Source: Octopus vulgaris
Lineage: Eukaryota
Direction of reading: 5' to 3'
Length of the DNA: 64,000 nucleotides
Assembly: GCA_951406725.2 (NCBI GenBank)
Contig: OX597823.1
Coordinates: 27,776,001 to 27,840,000 of the forward strand
Shown here: piece after piece, positions 39,922 to 52,432 of the stretch
How positions within the stretch are numbered: position 1 is the first letter of the stretch
Layout: the number at the start of each line of letters is the position of its first letter
Made by a program: the position numbers and the translations under genes
Notes under the pieces: generated by a model
What the model saw: the letters and a program-made list of their open reading frames with translations, nothing else
Database searches by the model: none
Told to the model about the DNA's origin: nothing

Positions 39922-40107
39922 TAGTGCTCCGCAATCTTTTTTCACTTGCGGCACACTTATATTCATTGCAAAATTCGGTGGCACACCTGAACTAAAAATA
40001 TGACTAAAAGTATAAGGAAGAAAATTATATTCAGGTTACACTGTGGCACACCTAGCATCGTCTCATGGCACTCCAGTGTGCCGCCGCATACCGGTTACGG
40101 AGCACTG
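39922..40107. mobile_element. hAT MITE
   Basis: TAGTGCTCCGCAA / TTACGGAGCACTG, 8-bp TSD CTCTACAC/CTCTACAT. Confidence 0.8.
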
Positions 40108-40248
40108 CTCTACATTACTGAGGAAGCCTTTACGTGGTCGCTTGACTATCCATGACTATCAATACTTTTGCCAGCCCCACATTTCCAAGACGATAAGATG
40201 ATTACTATTTGTATCAAGGTGTATGATTGTATAAAAGCTCATTCATTA

Positions 40249-40603
40249 TCTCTCTATATATAAACGGCAGTTTGTCTGTGTGTGTTTCTGTGTGTCTGTT
40301 AGGTTGTACCCTCACCCTGACCACGGCTTTCAACCGATTCTGATGAAACTTGACACACACATAGCCCAATGTCATAATTCAAAACTCACGCAGCGAAAAT
40401 TTTGAAAAGTTCCCCAGTTCTGAAAAAAATCGATAAATTCGACATGGGGTCGAGAATCAGAAACACAAACCACAGACTGTCTAGGGGACGCAACTCGACC
40501 TTTTTAACTAAAAAAAATTTACCATTATTTTTCCATAACTCTCTAAAAATGCTTTATAGTTATTTCCCTTAGAAACCCGAGCAACGCCGGGCGATACTGC
40601 TAG
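40249..40603 (+). mobile_element. Non-autonomous Helitron
   Basis: A|TC 5' end (TCTCTCTATATATAAA), subterminal hairpin CCCGAGCAACGCCGGG, CTAG|T 3' end, no TSD. Confidence 0.85.
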
Positions 40604-40612
40604 TTATTATTA

Positions 40613-41615
40613 AAGCGCTGAGCTGGCAGAACCGTGACCACGCCGGGCGAAATGCTTGGCGGTATTTCGTCTGCCGTTACGTTCTGAGTTCAAATTCCGC
40701 CGAGGTCGACTTTGCCTTTCATCCTTTCGGGGTCGATTAAATAAGTATCAGTTACGCACTGGGGTCGATATAATCGACTTAATCCGTTTGTCTGTCCTTG
40801 TTCGTCCCCTCTGTGTTTAGGCCCTTTTGGGTAGTAAAGAAATAGGTATTTCATCTGCCGCTACGTTCTGAGTTTAAATTGCGCCGAGGTCGACTTTGCC
40901 TTTCATCCTTTCGGGGTCGATTAAATAAGTACCAGTTACGCACTAGGGTGGATATAATCGACTTAATCAGTTTATCTGTCCTTGTTCGTCCCCTTTGTGT
41001 TTAGCACCTTTATGGGTAGTAATGAAATAGAAATATGTATTTCGTTTGTCTTTATATTCTGAGTTCAAATTCCACTGAGGTTGACTTTGCCTTTTTTCAT
41101 CCTTTCGGGATCGATAAATTAAGTACCTGTTACATACTGGGTCGATTTAATCGACTATCTCCCTCCCCCAAATTTCAGGTCTTGTGCTTATGATAGAAGG
41201 GATTATTGTTAAGGCGGTGAGCCGGCAAAATCGTTAGCACGCCTGAAAACAAAATACATAGCACCATTTCTTCTACCTTTTGGATATGAGTTCAAATTCT
41301 GCTGAGGTTGACTTTGTTTTTCATCCTTTTGGAATTGATAAGATAAGGACCAGTTAATCACTGGGAGTTGATGGAGATGACTAGCTCCCCTCTCCTAAAT
41401 CTCAAGCCTTCTAGCTGGCAGAAACGTTAGCACGTCGGGCAAAATGCTTTGTGGTATTTCGTCCGTCGCTACGTTCTAAGTTCAAATTCCGCCGAGGTCG
41501 ACTTTACCTTTCATCCTTTCGGGGTCGATGAATTAAGTACCAGTTACGCATTGGGGTCAATGTAATCGACTAGTCTCCTCCTCCCAAACCTGTGCCTATA
41601 TAGTAAAAAGGATTA
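40613..41615 (+). mobile_element. SINE family A array (trimer plus two further copies)
   Basis: GTATTTC(G/A)T unit starts at 40662, 40846 and ~41037. Confidence 0.85.
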
Positions 41616-42147
41616 TTATTATCATCATCATCATCATCCATCATCATCATCCATCATCATCATCATCATCATCATCCATCATCATCATCATCCATCATCA
41701 TCATCCATCATCATCATCCATCATCCATCATCATCATCCATCATCATCATCCATCATCATCCATCATCATCATCCATCATCATCATCATCCATCATCATC
41801 ATCCATCATCATCATCCATCATCATCATCCATCATCCATCATCATCCATCATCATCCATCCATCATTCATCATCATCATTCATCATCATTCATCATCATC
41901 ATTCATCATCATCATTCATCATCATCATTCATCATCATCATTCATCATCATCATTCATCATCATTCATCATCATCATTCATCATCATCATTCATCATTCA
42001 TCATTCATCATCATCATTCATCATCATCATTCATCATCATCATTCATCATCATCATTCATCATTATCATTCATCATTATCATTCATCATCATCATTCATC
42101 ATCATCATTCATCATCATTATCATCATTATCATTATTATCATTATCA

Positions 42148-42188
<41 letters not shown>
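41612..42188. repeat. Compound (CAT)n / (ATT)n satellite
   Basis: Direct inspection. Confidence 0.95.
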
Positions 42189-42190
<2 letters not shown>

Positions 42191-43107
42191 GAAGGCAGCA
42201 AACTGGCAGATTCGTTAGCATGCCGGACAAAAGGCTTAGCATTATTTCGTCTGTCTTTACGTTCTGAGTTCAAATTCCGACTAAGCCTTTTATCCTTCTT
42301 TGGTCGAGGAAATATATACTAGTTGATTACTGGTCTCGATGAAATCGACTATCCTACTCCTCCTTCTCTAGAGGTACTCTAACCATGACCATCTCATCTT
42401 TTCTGACAATGTAGTGTGTAGTCTTCTTTACTGAAGAAGATGACTGTGTGGCGTGGTATGAGGGAGCTTGATCTACTATTTCTAACGACCTCTTACTAGT
42501 ATAATTACTGACTCATAGCAGCCTTTGTTGTGTTGTTTAGTTGGAAGAAGTCTCTTATAATGACTTGGGTGGACCCCAAGATGGATTTAGTGGTGGAGGT
42601 TAGTGCTTACGATAGAGGTTGATCAAACGATGGTGGGTGGGTGGTAGTTGGTGTGACAATAGTGGGACCAGTAAAGGGGACATCCTATGGTAGTTTATTA
42701 ACTTGCTACATTAATTTGTGTTTATCCGGAAGTGTGGGTTTCCCTCTTTTTAAACAATTTCTGATTACTTATCATTTGCACATCTACAGTGTATTGTATG
42801 TATGTGTGTATGTATGTGTGTGTATGTATGTGTGTGTATGTATGTGTGTATGTATGTATGTATGTATGTCTGTCTGTGTGTATGTCTGTCTGTCTGTCTA
42901 TAATAGGCAGGATGTATATTCAGGAAGTGGCACTACTAATATTACATATTTTTTTCTTTCCCATAGTGTACACACACAGACATACACACACACACACACA
43001 CACAGACACACACACACACACTCGCGTGCGCATTTGATAATGGCATTTTGTCAAGCATTGTACGAACTTCATGTAATGTTTCGCACGTTTCACAAATGAC
43101 AGTTTTG

Positions 43108-43142
<35 letters not shown>

Positions 43143-43147
43143 GTCTA

Positions 43148-43215
<68 letters not shown>

Positions 43216-43216
<1 letters not shown>

Positions 43217-43430
43217 GATAACGATCCCTATTGTTCTTTAATTCCTTTCCCTTTTTTCCCCTCTCCCCCCCTTTTAAAAAAATAATTTATTCCCCCCTTT
43301 TTTGTCCTCTGTCTTTCCCTTTACGATCCCTTTTGATCGAAAACAAAACCCCCTTTTTTTACCCCCAAAAGAAAAGCTCTACCTTGTAATTTGTCCTGTC
43401 TGTGCAGCCCTGTGTGGCTAATAAAGAAAC
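43216..43430 (+). mobile_element. 3' UTR end of an L1/Tx1-like LINE inserted in (TCTG)n/(TCTA)n
   Basis: Pyrimidine-rich UTR ending AGCCCTGTGTGGCTAATAAAGAAA, with tetranucleotide microsatellite on both sides. Confidence 0.5.
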
Positions 43431-43475
<45 letters not shown>

Positions 43476-43629
43476 CCTCCCTCCCTCCCTCTCTCCCTCC
43501 CCCCTCTCTCTCTCTCTTCCTCCCTCTGTAATGTGTGTGTCCATTTAGTGAATGTGTACGCGTTTACGTATATGCATGCATGCATGTGTTTGTATGTACA
43601 GCTATACTTATAAAAGTTGCATGAGCGTG

Positions 43630-44142
43630 TTTTATTTCCCACTGCGTGGCACCTTGGGCACGTCTCTTCCATTATAGCCCTGGGCTGACCAAAGCCTTCT
43701 CTTCCATCTACATAGTTCACTCGCAAGGCTTTGGTTTGCCCGAATTTAAGACAGTAAACACAAAGGTGTCGCGAGTAATGCGATCAAACCCTGGACCACG
43801 TCGCTGCAAAACTTAGTTCTAAACCACTCAACCGTGCCTGAGCCCAACTCGTGCCTGCGTTTCCGGCAATCCAACACTCTGTTCTGTCCTTTCAGTCATT
43901 TGACTGCGACCATGCTGGAGCACCGCCTTTAGTCGAACTAATCGACGCCAGGGCTTATTCTTTGTACTTATTCTATCGGTGTCTTTTCCCGAATCGCTGG
44001 TTTACGGGGACGTAAACACACCAGCATAGGTTGTCAAGTGATGGTGCGGGTGGGAGGGGGGTACACACAAACATATACGTATATATATATATCTACGACG
44101 GGCTTCTTTCAGTTTCCGTCTACCAAATCCACTTTGGTCGGC
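43630..44142. mobile_element. Cluster of SINE family B fragments on both strands
   Basis: 43630-43700(+), 43700-43840(-), 43890-44142(-). Confidence 0.7.
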
Positions 44143-45024
44143 TATGTTTTGCGTCTGTGTACTTTAGAGTGTCTGTATGTCTATGTATGTGTTTGTATAT
44201 ATTTATGTACACCTGTATGCGTTAGCATGTCTGTATTGTCTTTACATATTTGTGTATATCTTTGTGTGTGTGTGTGTGTGTGTGTCTGTATCTCCTTTTC
44301 TGTTTTTGTTAATGCCTTAGAAAAGTAATCTTGACCCTTTATAGGGTCTCCGAGACTGGTGGTAGCAAAGGAGAAAATTATTCCCAGACCAAAGATTGGG
44401 CTTGAACTCTTGTAACAGAATAGACCACTGCGGGTATCCAAGGGCCAAGTGTTGGTATTAAACAAGTTTACAGACTTTGTGTGTATTTATGTGTGTGGCG
44501 TATGTGAATATATATGTATATACGTGTGTGTATATGTGTGAATGTCTTAGTGCGTATGTGAGTATGGATGTGTATGAGGTTAAGTACACGTCTCAAATGG
44601 AAACAGTTCAGATGAAAAATCTAATTACTTAAGCAGTACCGTTTAATTAGATGTCGTTAACCAAAGCTAAGTCATTAAAAGTGAGACTAAATCAGAAACA
44701 TTTTGATTGAAACCAGGCCCCACCACATGCTCCCTTCCACACAGCTTTAGTCTTCTATTATGTTTCCGTTTATACAAATGCTTTAAAGATGTTGACCTTC
44801 CCCCTCCTTGAGTCTAATATACACTTCTAGCAAAGTGACCGATAATATAATTAATTTCGTGCGCTAAGGAATTTAAATTAATTAGAATTACGGCTTTTGT
44901 TGTTACCATCCCTCAGTCTTGAAAAACTATGGAGTGTCCCTGTGGTGGAGAATGAAGAATAACTCCTGAAATGTCTGTTAGGTCCTGTTCTCAACCTCCC
45001 TGGTGCCTCAGGCGTGTGTGTGTG

Positions 45025-45056
<32 letters not shown>

Positions 45057-45419
45057 TGTATGTATGTATGTATGTATGTATGTATGTATGTATGTATGTA
45101 TATATATATATTTAACAAGGTGAATGAATTATCCTAGTATGGATAATTCGGTTAACCGATACCCGGGTAGCAAATTCACGTCAGAAAACACGGTTGAAGC
45201 TACATGCCAAGGGCAGAGATCACGTGCTTTCGTGTGGTGCCTGTATGTGTGTGTAATTCAGGTGCACGTAACTTTGTTGATAGAGCAACTGAACACTCAT
45301 CGTAGAACAACAGAAATCCATCCTCGCCGCAATTATATATAAATAGTGTGTGTGTGTGTCTGAATTGACAACCGATGCTGGTGTGTTTATGTGTTCAAAT
45401 GTTTGTCGTAAGTGAAACA

Positions 45420-45824
45420 AAGTGTGGTTGCTAACATGACATGTTGTTGAGTCCTGTTGAAGCCATGTGTTGCTTTTTTCATTCTCCGTTAGCTGCTCAA
45501 CAAACTGATCAACTATCTAACAATAACGTTCCGAATTCAAGGTTTCTTGGAAAAAAAAAATCGGTCCTACTATTCTTCGCCTGTTGATAGGCATCTATAT
45601 ACCAATCTTCGCTGCATGTAAGGGTGATGATTCGACAAACTCGTGAGGATTGAGTGCACTCCAGATGCGAGTGTTTTTGCGAATTTAGGTATCCCGATAG
45701 ATGAATCCAAGCCTCGTCACTGAAGAAAGTCATGTCAATCAGTGAGAGCTAATCTGAGCCAATCAGAGAGAGCCAATATTTTGACAGTTAATCAACCGAG
45801 TCAACTTTTAAATTGAACACCCTG
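45420..45824 (-). mobile_element. Tc1/mariner (DUF4817-type) internally deleted element
   Basis: TA-CAGGGTGTTCAATTTAAAAGTTGAC terminus. FFSDEAWIHLSGYLNSQ and NTWLQQDSTTCHVS catalytic motifs. Confidence 0.8.
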
Positions 45825-46108
45825 TATAACGTAGTGAGTCACCGGTGACTTCCGTGGCGGAGACTGTTTTAAGACAGTTTTCGTTGTCGCTGTTTTCGTA
45901 TGTTGTATGTTGACATATATAAATTTGAAGAGTCTTCATACAAATGCTGAATTTTTTCTGAATCCGTCTGTTTTAGATTCCTTCAATGTCTTGACACTGT
46001 TTACAATATTGCTTATGGAAGTTTGCAGTGAGAAAAAATAACTTTTGTTATGACAAGAGAAAGCTCTGCGAATTCTTTGCAGAATCTGGACTTCATTTTG
46101 TCAAACTT

Positions 46109-46141
<33 letters not shown>

Positions 46142-46477
46142 TGTTTTATTTTGGTGAGTTTATTAGATTCCACGTATTTCATTTTACATGTGTTTAAAAT
46201 GTGTGGGTGAATTGGTAACGATGATAAATCGCGCCCCCTGTGTCATGTACCAAGTCTTAATTACTCTTTTACTGCATGAAATAAAGATAACATTGACTGC
46301 ACCTATTTACTAAAACGAAACCTCCTCCAAAATATCACAGCATAAATGCTTTTATTTAATATACAGTTTTGATTAAGATGTGTGTATATATATATGGGTG
46401 GGCCCAAGAACAAGCATCTTAATAGACAGCTTTTATTTTTCGAAATAAACATTGAAGATTAACATCTGAATCACATC

Positions 46478-46858
46478 ACTCTCTTTATTCTCTCTTTTAC
46501 TCTTTTATTTGTTTCAGTCATTTGACTGCGGCCATGCTGGAGCACCTTATTCTTTTGTAAGCCCAGTACTTATTCTATCGGTCTCTTTTGCCGAACCGCT
46601 AAGTAACGGGGGACATAAACACACCAGCATCGGTTGTCAAGCAATGCTAGGGGGGACCAAACACAGACACACAAACACACACACGCATATATATACGACG
46701 GGCTTCTTTCAGTTTCCGTCTACCAAATCCACTCACAAGGCTTTGGTCGGACCGAGGCTAGAATAGAAGACACTTGCCCAAGGTGCCACGCGTGGGACTG
46801 AACCCAGAACCATGTGGTTGGTAAACAAGCTACTTACCTCACAGCCACTCCTGCGCCT
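46478..46858 (-). mobile_element. tRNA-derived CORE-like SINE family B (full length)
   Basis: Head GGCGCAGGAGTGGCTGTG.GGTAAG, GGGTTCAGTCCC, CACCTTGGGCAAGTG (CORE-like), internal (TG)n, 3' GGTGCTCCAGCATGGCCGCAGTCAAATGACTGAAAC. Confidence 0.8.
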
Positions 46859-47680
46859 ATCACATTTATCTTTCATTCGTCTGTAGTCGTTTACGCAATA
46901 TATGGGCTATTTACATCTGAATTATAGAGCAAGTGTTTGATTGAGTTTTCTGACAATTGTCTGTTTTTTTTTTCTTAGTGTAAATTAGTCAGAGGAAGTA
47001 TGGTTCCATTGATGACCGCTTTTTCTGGCTCTTCAAGACTAGTAGCAGGAAGTGATGAAGTTGTCCTTTGATGGAAGATATAGCTCAGGTGTTGTCAACA
47101 GAGTGAACTCTGCTAGCAATACCCAGTTTTCAGATGACAATGTTAAACCGAACGACTGATTAAATCTGTCTCTCGAATATAGACCCGATCCTTTCAACGA
47201 GATTCCTTAAACATTTCGAAAATGTCCACAAAATTTCACTCATAATTTGTAATTGTGTTAATGCGGCATCTGGTAGAAAGCATTTGTACAGGATACTGCA
47301 CAGTGGTCATTGAACCAGAAACTACATAGTTATGAAGCAAACTTAACGAAACAGCCACGCTTGCATTTTGAGTATAACTCTCCACTCGAGTGAAGTAGTG
47401 AATGAATTTTATGAATGAAATATTTCCGTATCCTGATGGATTAGGAATTGAAATTTGAAATACTATCTTCTACCGAACTTGGCAACATAACGGTTATTGA
47501 CCGACTTAGATAAGGGCTCTCAGGACACTAGCGACATTTGTGTCAATAAGAAAAGATTTTTGATGGAAGGGGAATGAGTTTATATTATTACTAATATACG
47601 TAAAGGAGGGTCGCCATTTGTATTTGGTGTTCAGTGTATCTAGTGCAAAGCACTTAACACACGGGCGCACGCACGTACAT

Positions 47681-47747
<67 letters not shown>

Positions 47748-47796
47748 CGCGTAGACTGGTTTTAGCAAGAATTCTGGGATTAGGTCACGGTTGTGG

Positions 47797-47831
<35 letters not shown>

Positions 47832-48216
47832 GGCTCAGATGGAAGGACTTCAATAGATGGGCGAAAATGGTAGAAAACTCATTGCAATAGAAATTTTCTA
47901 AACGGAATAAGGAATTGATTGACGAAAAAAACAAGGCAAAACAAGGACTGATGGAAATACCTCTCATTAGCCATGGAAATTTAGACTACGGGCGCAGTTT
48001 CGGCACGTTTCAAGTCCGAAGACTTTAAGTTCAAATTGCGCAAATGATATAGTGAATATCGCTGACGTAATGAAAAAACATAAGCAAAACATAAGACGAC
48101 GGAATGTTGCAAGGCATCTCTTGCGATACTCTTGACTACACTGCCAGCTCGCCGCCTTTATATTCTACCTTTATATGAGATATTATCTCTTATTTTGAGT
48201 CATTATTTAAATGAAA

Positions 48217-48900
48217 CAAGGCAGCGAGCTGGCGGAATCGTTAGCACGCCGGGTGAAACGCTTAGCGGCATTCCGTCCGTCCTTACGTTCTGAGTTCAAA
48301 TTCCGCCGGGGTGGACTTTGTCTTTCATCCTTTTGGGGTCAATAAAATAAGTACAGGTCAAGAACTGGTCTCCTTCAAATTCCAGGCCTTGTGCTTGTTA
48401 TACAGAAAGGATTATTTAAATGAAACAAGGCAGCTAGCTAGCTGAACCGTTAGTACTTCGAGCAAAACGCTTTACGGCATTTCGTCTTCAAATTCCGCCG
48501 AAGTCGAACTTGCCTTTCATCCTTTCGGGATCAACAAAATAAGTGCCAGTGAAGTACTGGGGTCGATATAATCGCCATACCCCAGTGCTAAAATTTGAAA
48601 GCTTTTTTTAACTGGCGAGTTTGCAGGCTCGTTAGCGCACCGAAAAAAATATGCTTAGCAATATTTCTTCCGGTTTTCAAGTTCTGCTTTCAATTACCCC
48701 TGAGGTCGACCTTGTCTTGTACTCTTTCGGGGTCGATCGATTTCCTCTCCCCTCAAAATTATTGGCCTTTTGTCAAAATTACAAAGGATTATTTAACTGG
48801 AATTGTAGGGTTGTGGACTGCAGAACAGGTAGAGAGCTTCGGATAAAAATTGCTTGCAGTATTTAATTACGACCCTTTACGTTCTGAGCTCAAATGCTTC
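48217..48900 (+). mobile_element. Head-to-tail array of older SINE family A copies
   Basis: Repeated ATTATTTAAATGAAACAAGGCAGC.AGCT junctions (48202, 48411). Confidence 0.7.
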
Positions 48901-48960
48901 CAAGATTTGATTCTTATCTCTGAACCCCCTGGTGTCGTTATCAAAATTATTCAGTTGATA

Positions 48961-49098
48961 CGGTTTTATATTGAAGAGATGGGGAATTATGTACATTATT
49001 TACATTTGACGGATATTTGTCCTCTCATCTTGTTTGGCGTAGTGGTTAAGAGCGCGCGCTACAAAACCCAAGATTCCGAGTTCGATTCCAAGCAGTGA

Positions 49099-49139
<41 letters not shown>

Positions 49140-49292
49140 TTAATAATAATAATAATATCAAAAAATACTTTAGGAATGAGAATCCAGGTTCGAAATTTTC
49201 CCAAGACACTTGATGAAGGCTGGAGGGTATATCAGCTGAAACGTTGTTAACAACAAACAAGATGAGGACAAATATCCGTCAAATGTAAATAA
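48961..49292 (+). mobile_element. tRNA-headed, hammerhead-containing non-autonomous retroelement (Penelope-dependent SINE/retrozyme-like) with inverted 3'-end copy and 13-bp TSD
   Basis: Inverted tail copy at 48961-49035. Then A box TGGCGTAGTGG, B box GAGTTCGATTCC, (AAT)n, HHR gacac-TTGATGA-a-ggctg..cagct-GAAA-cg-TT and tail. TATTCAGTTGATA flanks both sides (48948-48960, 49293-49305). Confidence 0.75.
49205..49248 (+). ncRNA. Minimal type I hammerhead ribozyme motif (core variant UUGAUGA)
   Basis: gacac-TTGATGA-a-ggctg-gagggtatat-cagct-GAAA-cg-TT-gtt. Confidence 0.6.
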
Positions 49293-50136
49293 TATTCAGT
49301 TGATATACTGAGGTTTGTGTGATGCAGTTTGACCAGCGACTGGAAAGAGGGACTCAGGCTACAACCATGGTAATAAGGACGAAGCACATGTTAACTCTCA
49401 ACTACCATAATTTCTCTCACTGACGCATCCACACTTCTGTGACAATGACTCACAGCTTAAGACGAGAATAAAGAACATTTTGTTACTGTTAGTTCTTTCC
49501 TTCCTTCTTTTTTGGGCGATGTCTTTTAAACTCTGGGTCAGCCATCAATCTACCCACCGCTCGTTCCCCCTCTTTACCGCGCGCTCTCTGTCCGCCTAAC
49601 TCTTCTCTTCTCTTCCTGTCTTTGCTCTGTCTGTCTCTTTGCCTCCTCTCTCAGGCCCTAATTTTGTCTGTATCTCTTTCTCACCCACCCTTTTCTCACT
49701 TTCTTTCTCTCTTTGTCTCCAGTTCTTTCTCTATAATGGGCGATGTCTTCTAAACTCTGTCAACCTTCACTTTCTCCCTCTTTCCACTTCATCTTCTGTG
49801 AAGTGTTTGTTTGTTTCCTCTGGCTCCATGTGGAGATTGTGTCCACATCATTATTTAACATTAACGAAAATTGTGTTGAGTGGGTGGGCGTTACCAAAGC
49901 AATAAACAAACCAACACATTGGAATATACAGAAAATTCGTGTTTGTAGGTATGGGTGCATGTGTATCGGAATGATTGTATGTATTTACATATTTCGTGTG
50001 TGTGTGTGTGTGTTTTAATTCCTTAATCAGACGAAGGTACATAAACATACACATACATAAACATGTATACACAAAAAATGCATAAACACAAATAATTCAG
50101 CTATGGAAAAAAAAAACATCATGGCGAAGAAAGAAT

Positions 50137-51251
50137 GGTGGAGCTGGACGACGGTCCACCCTCCCTGCCGCCAAACAAAAACCGAGCTTTCGGAATTTTT
50201 TTTTTTTTTTTTTTTTTCTTCTTAGCGGATTCTTAGGTTTTCGATGACGGAGATTCCGAATATCAAAAAATCACATTTTTAAATTCCACCCCCACCAAAT
50301 TTTTAAATTTTAAACGTTTTTCGAATTTTTTTTACAATCTTATTTCTTTATTGTCCACAAGGGTCTAAACATAGAGGGGACAAACAAGGACAAATAAAGG
50401 GATTCTGTCGATTACATCGACCCCAGTGCGTAACTGGTACTTATTTAATCGATCCCGAAAGGATGAAAGGCAAAGTCGACCTTTCTAGAATTTGAATTCA
50501 GAACGTAGCGGCAGACGAAATACCTATTTCTTTACTACCCACAAGGGGCTAAACACAGAGGAGACAAACAAGGACAGACAAACGGATTAAGTCGATTGTA
50601 TCGACCCCAGCGCGTAACTGGTACTTATTTAATCGACCCCGAAAGGATGAAAGGCAAAGTCGACCTCGGCGAAATTTGAACTCTGAACGTGACGACAGAC
50701 GAAATACGGCTAAGCGCATTTCGCCTGGCGTGCTAACGTTTCTGTCAGCTCGCCGCCTTGATGCGGCGGGAAAATTCGGAGATTAACAATATCGTGTTTG
50801 GCTCTATGAGAATCGTTTACCTTTAAAGCGAAAAAAACTAGACCGACGTATACAACAGGTATGTAAAACATGCTGTTTCACTTGTTTCAGCCGTTCATTT
50901 CAGTGAGCTATAGAGATTGTTGCGCACGCGCGCCTTTTTTTGCTGGGTGGCGAGAGGTGTGTGGATCAAATTTCGAGTTTCTCATAAAATTTGAAATTAA
51001 TTAATTTTTTGTTTGCCATATTGTTGTTAATCTCCGTATTTTTTCACGGAGATTAAAAAAATTTCGAAAAAGTAAAAAATTTGGGGGTGAGGGAGGAATT
51101 TAAAATTTTGAAAACATGATTTTTTTTTTGTATATCCTGAAGCTCTGTCATCAAAAACCAAGGAATCCGCTGAGAAAAAAAAAGAAAAATTTCCGAAAGC
51201 TTGGTTTTTTTTGTGGGTGGGTGGGTCGGGTGACTGTCGTCCAGTTCCACC
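50137..51251. mobile_element. Long-TIR MITE with 8-bp TSD (Merlin-like), containing a nested SINE array
   Basis: GGTGGAGCTGGACGAC / GTCGTCCAGTTCCACC, TIR >200 bp, TSD GAAAGAAT on both sides. Confidence 0.8.
50338..50758 (-). mobile_element. SINE family A dimer nested in MITE
   Basis: Two ~183-bp units. Confidence 0.85.
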
Positions 51252-51939
51252 GAAAGAATAATTATAAGGATGCAAACTTTATTGCGTCTTATTAATAAAG
51301 TGGCAGTAGTAGCGTGTCACTGCATCTACCAATAGTTGGTGATTACCTATTCCTGGAGAATGATACCTTTGTGCCACTCTCTCCAACCCATGGGTCTATT
51401 TGAATAGTAGTGCAAATCCTGCCACAGCCTCGTTTGACTGCGACACGCAGAGGAAACGTTGAGTCTATTCTTTGACGTGCCAATCCCGGAAGGATGGCGA
51501 AAATTTTTAATGAGAGCGAGGGCCTATGAAAAAAGGGAAGGGCCAGTTAGTACATCGGATCGGGGCCAATTTAAAGCTTATTTAGCTGTTATTTCTTTTA
51601 GCACATCTCACGACCAGGGTACAAGCAACAGAACACAGAGTCAAAGCAAGTGGCATCGCGTAGAATATATTTGTTAACACGTGCTTTCTCGCAGACAAAA
51701 GCGTTTTCATGTTCCGCTTGTTACTATGGAAACAGGCATGAATGTATCTATGGCTTACGATTAGCTAAAATTACCCCAAATTTTCAAACTTTCATTGTTA
51801 CTAACTATTTGTTGATTTATAACGAAAATGATTTTCACGTCATTCATTAGCCCATAAAAGTGTATCAATACACCGAATATGAAATAAATTCGAACAGAAA
51901 ATTATGTCGGCAGCCAAACCAACTAGATCCATGTTTATA

Positions 51940-52002
<63 letters not shown>

Positions 52003-52187
52003 ACGCCCCTATAAGCTAGCAGTTCGGCAAACAGACCGATAGAATAAGTACCAGACTTAAAAGAGTAATGGAATTGATTTATTTGACTAACAATTCTTCA
52101 AGGCGGTGCCCCAGCATGGCCGCACTCAAATGACAGCAATAAGATTTAAAAAAAAAAATAAATGTCTGCTCAGTGGGCGGTAGCAAA

Positions 52188-52432
52188 CTAATTCATAACC
52201 CGGTCTAACGCCTCCGCCGCCTTCGCCACCTTCGCCTCCGCCGCCTCCGCCACCTTCGCCTCCGCCGCCGCCGCCATCGCCTCCGCTGCCGCCGCCGCCG
52301 CCATCGCCTCTGCTGCCGCCGCCGCCTCCTCCTCCGTCTCCGCCGCCTGGTCGTTGAGTGCTTCTAACAGAGTCCGTCCTGTTGCAAATTGCGAATATCC
52401 CAAGCTAGGCATGAAGCCCAATCTCAGAGGAC
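52188..52432 (-). other. Candidate exon / GC-rich (GGC)n island
   Basis: Acceptor-like TCTTTACAG|G at 52433/52432, then a stop-free Ala-rich frame. GC content is far above the surroundings. Confidence 0.25.

Noticed and set aside
40340-40352. CTGATGAAAC motif
   Set aside because: No stem II; part of the usual Helitron internal CCGATT.TGATGAAACTT motif
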